A stretch of 64,000 nt of DNA, taken from positions 248,001 through 312,000 of the forward strand of contig AP026155.1 of NCBI GenBank assembly GCA_030295235.1, in the 5' to 3' direction. The translations under genes and the position numbers were made by a program. Each line of letters begins with the position of its first letter. The first letter of the stretch is position 1. Shown piece after piece: positions 62,765 to 64,000 of this stretch. The stretch comes from Fistulifera solaris. Lineage: Eukaryota. The notes beneath the pieces were generated by a model that was not told the DNA's origin, searched no databases, and saw nothing but the letters and a program-made list of their open reading frames with translations.

Positions 62765-63612
62765 GGTTTCAATCGAACGTAACCTTTTGGGTTTTTTTTT
62801 TATGCGAAAACAATGTTGTTGTGATGATGATGGATTTGATGGGGAAAAAAGGGATGAATGGGAAAAAGATCTCCGAGGAGGAGAGTGGAGAGTAGGAGTA
62901 CGTATGTGGCAGAATCGCACCCACTGCACACTTCATAGAGCCGTTGTCTCCGTACTCAACCCTACGTGGACCGTACGAAGGACGGGGAAGTGACGTATTC
63001 CGGTTCGAGATGTCATTTTTTATGAGATCGCCGTCGCGGTTTACGTCACGGTGTAGCGAGTGGAGTTAAAAGGATGATGTCACCGATTGCCGCTGTTCTG
63101 GGAGAGTTTGGGAAGTGCCAAACGAGGATGTGTCTGGATTGGGTCGCACCGACTTTCAGCATTTATCAGTAACGCAACGTCAGGCCACCATCAGTCTTAC
63201 GTCACTCTTTTCTAATTTCGGACCGACCTGCTTCCATTCACGATCTGTTCACGATTCAAGACACGATCATTTATTTCAACGATCAACGATCACACGATCA
63301 CTCGTAATGCAGCAAAAGCAATAGGTTTATTCTACAGGCGGATTTTTTTTCTTTCAACTCTTTTTACAGTGGAACGAAACGGTTCACAACGACCTCAATT
63401 GTGCATCAACTCCTTGTAAGGTTATCTTGAGTCAGGTCTCCATTTTTCTCCATGGCCAACTGGATGTTCGGCAAGGAGCCTGGCCTAGAGACAAATTGCG
63501 TTTTCCCGATTGATCAGCTTGGCAGGTTCAACGAGGATGAAAACGGATGTACAATGAATAAAAGTCACACTGCAATATGTTAATGGCGATTGCTCTTTTT
63601 AGGTTTTTTTAC

Positions 63613-64000
63613 CTAATCACCAAAACCCTCTTCCTGCATTTTCTTGTACAGTTCCTTGTAGTCCACCTGATTCCGTCGGCGCTTCCGGCTGGGTGCATCG
63701 GGATCTTCCGGTGCATCCATTCCTACCGCCAACGCTGAGAAATTAGCTCGTCGCGAAACTTCCTCCATCGCTCTCAACTGATCGCGCTCTTGCTCCTTCT
63801 TTTTCTCTCGTTTCTCAAAAAGATGATGCTCGAAGGTGCTTTCCCATTCGCAATCTTGAGCATCGTACAGTTCGCGAGACTTGCAGCCGTCGACCAAGGC
63901 TCGCACGTGACTCGCCACGGACCGGGCAAACGGTGACACTATCCCACCATGGATTTTGTACCCACCCTCCAGCACCGATACAATTCGTCCGTTGCAGCAT
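63613..64000 (-). CDS. C-terminal part of a histone deacetylase-family protein, truncated by the window edge
   Basis: Frame reads CCNGRIVSVLEGGY, the class II-like HDAC C-terminal motif. Confidence 0.75.
   Translation of the reverse strand, partial: CCNGRIVSVLEGGYKIHGGIVSPFARSVASHVRALVDGCKSRELYDAQDCEWESTFEHHLFEKREKKKEQERDQLRAMEEVSRRANFSALAVGMDAPEDPDAPSRKRRRNQVDYKELYKKMQEEGFGD

Noticed and set aside
62980..63075. tRNA gene (GGTTCGAG and GGTGTAGCGAGTGG resemble B and A boxes)
   Set aside because: Boxes are in the wrong order and no cloverleaf could be built.

Overview
Gene-dense eukaryotic nuclear DNA with short GT-AG introns, bipartite signal-peptide/ASAF-type plastid presequences and diatom-style low-complexity proteins, most consistent with a diatom (species not determinable here). 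About 34 protein genes are supported. They include NSE3, plastid LepA/EF4, SEL1L/Hrd3, ethanolamine/choline kinase, a PPR protein, otubain, TRAPPC6, a LYR protein, HSF, an MFS transporter, a TRF-like telobox Myb, three LRR proteins, HUS1, GAR1, ALG2, plastid homomeric ACCase and a partial HDAC. Many genes are split by single-base indels, mostly in homopolymers, which are probably assembly errors. Highlights: (1) a dense run of about 11 different 7-bp tandem duplications upstream of HSF, with the same signature in other intergenic regions; (2) two copies of an 81-bp TIR element with 7-8 bp target duplications; (3) a 594-bp internally deleted hAT element; (4) a dispersed bipartite hairpin repeat arrayed between GAR1 and ALG2; (5) a three-gene cluster of candidate biosilica/silicalemma proteins with RxL, KxxK and His-Asp-Gly motifs; (6) a UBA plus herpes-tegument-like deubiquitinase; (7) a CpcT/CpeT-like bilin lyase in a lineage without phycobiliproteins. 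All calls are by eye; no database searches were run.
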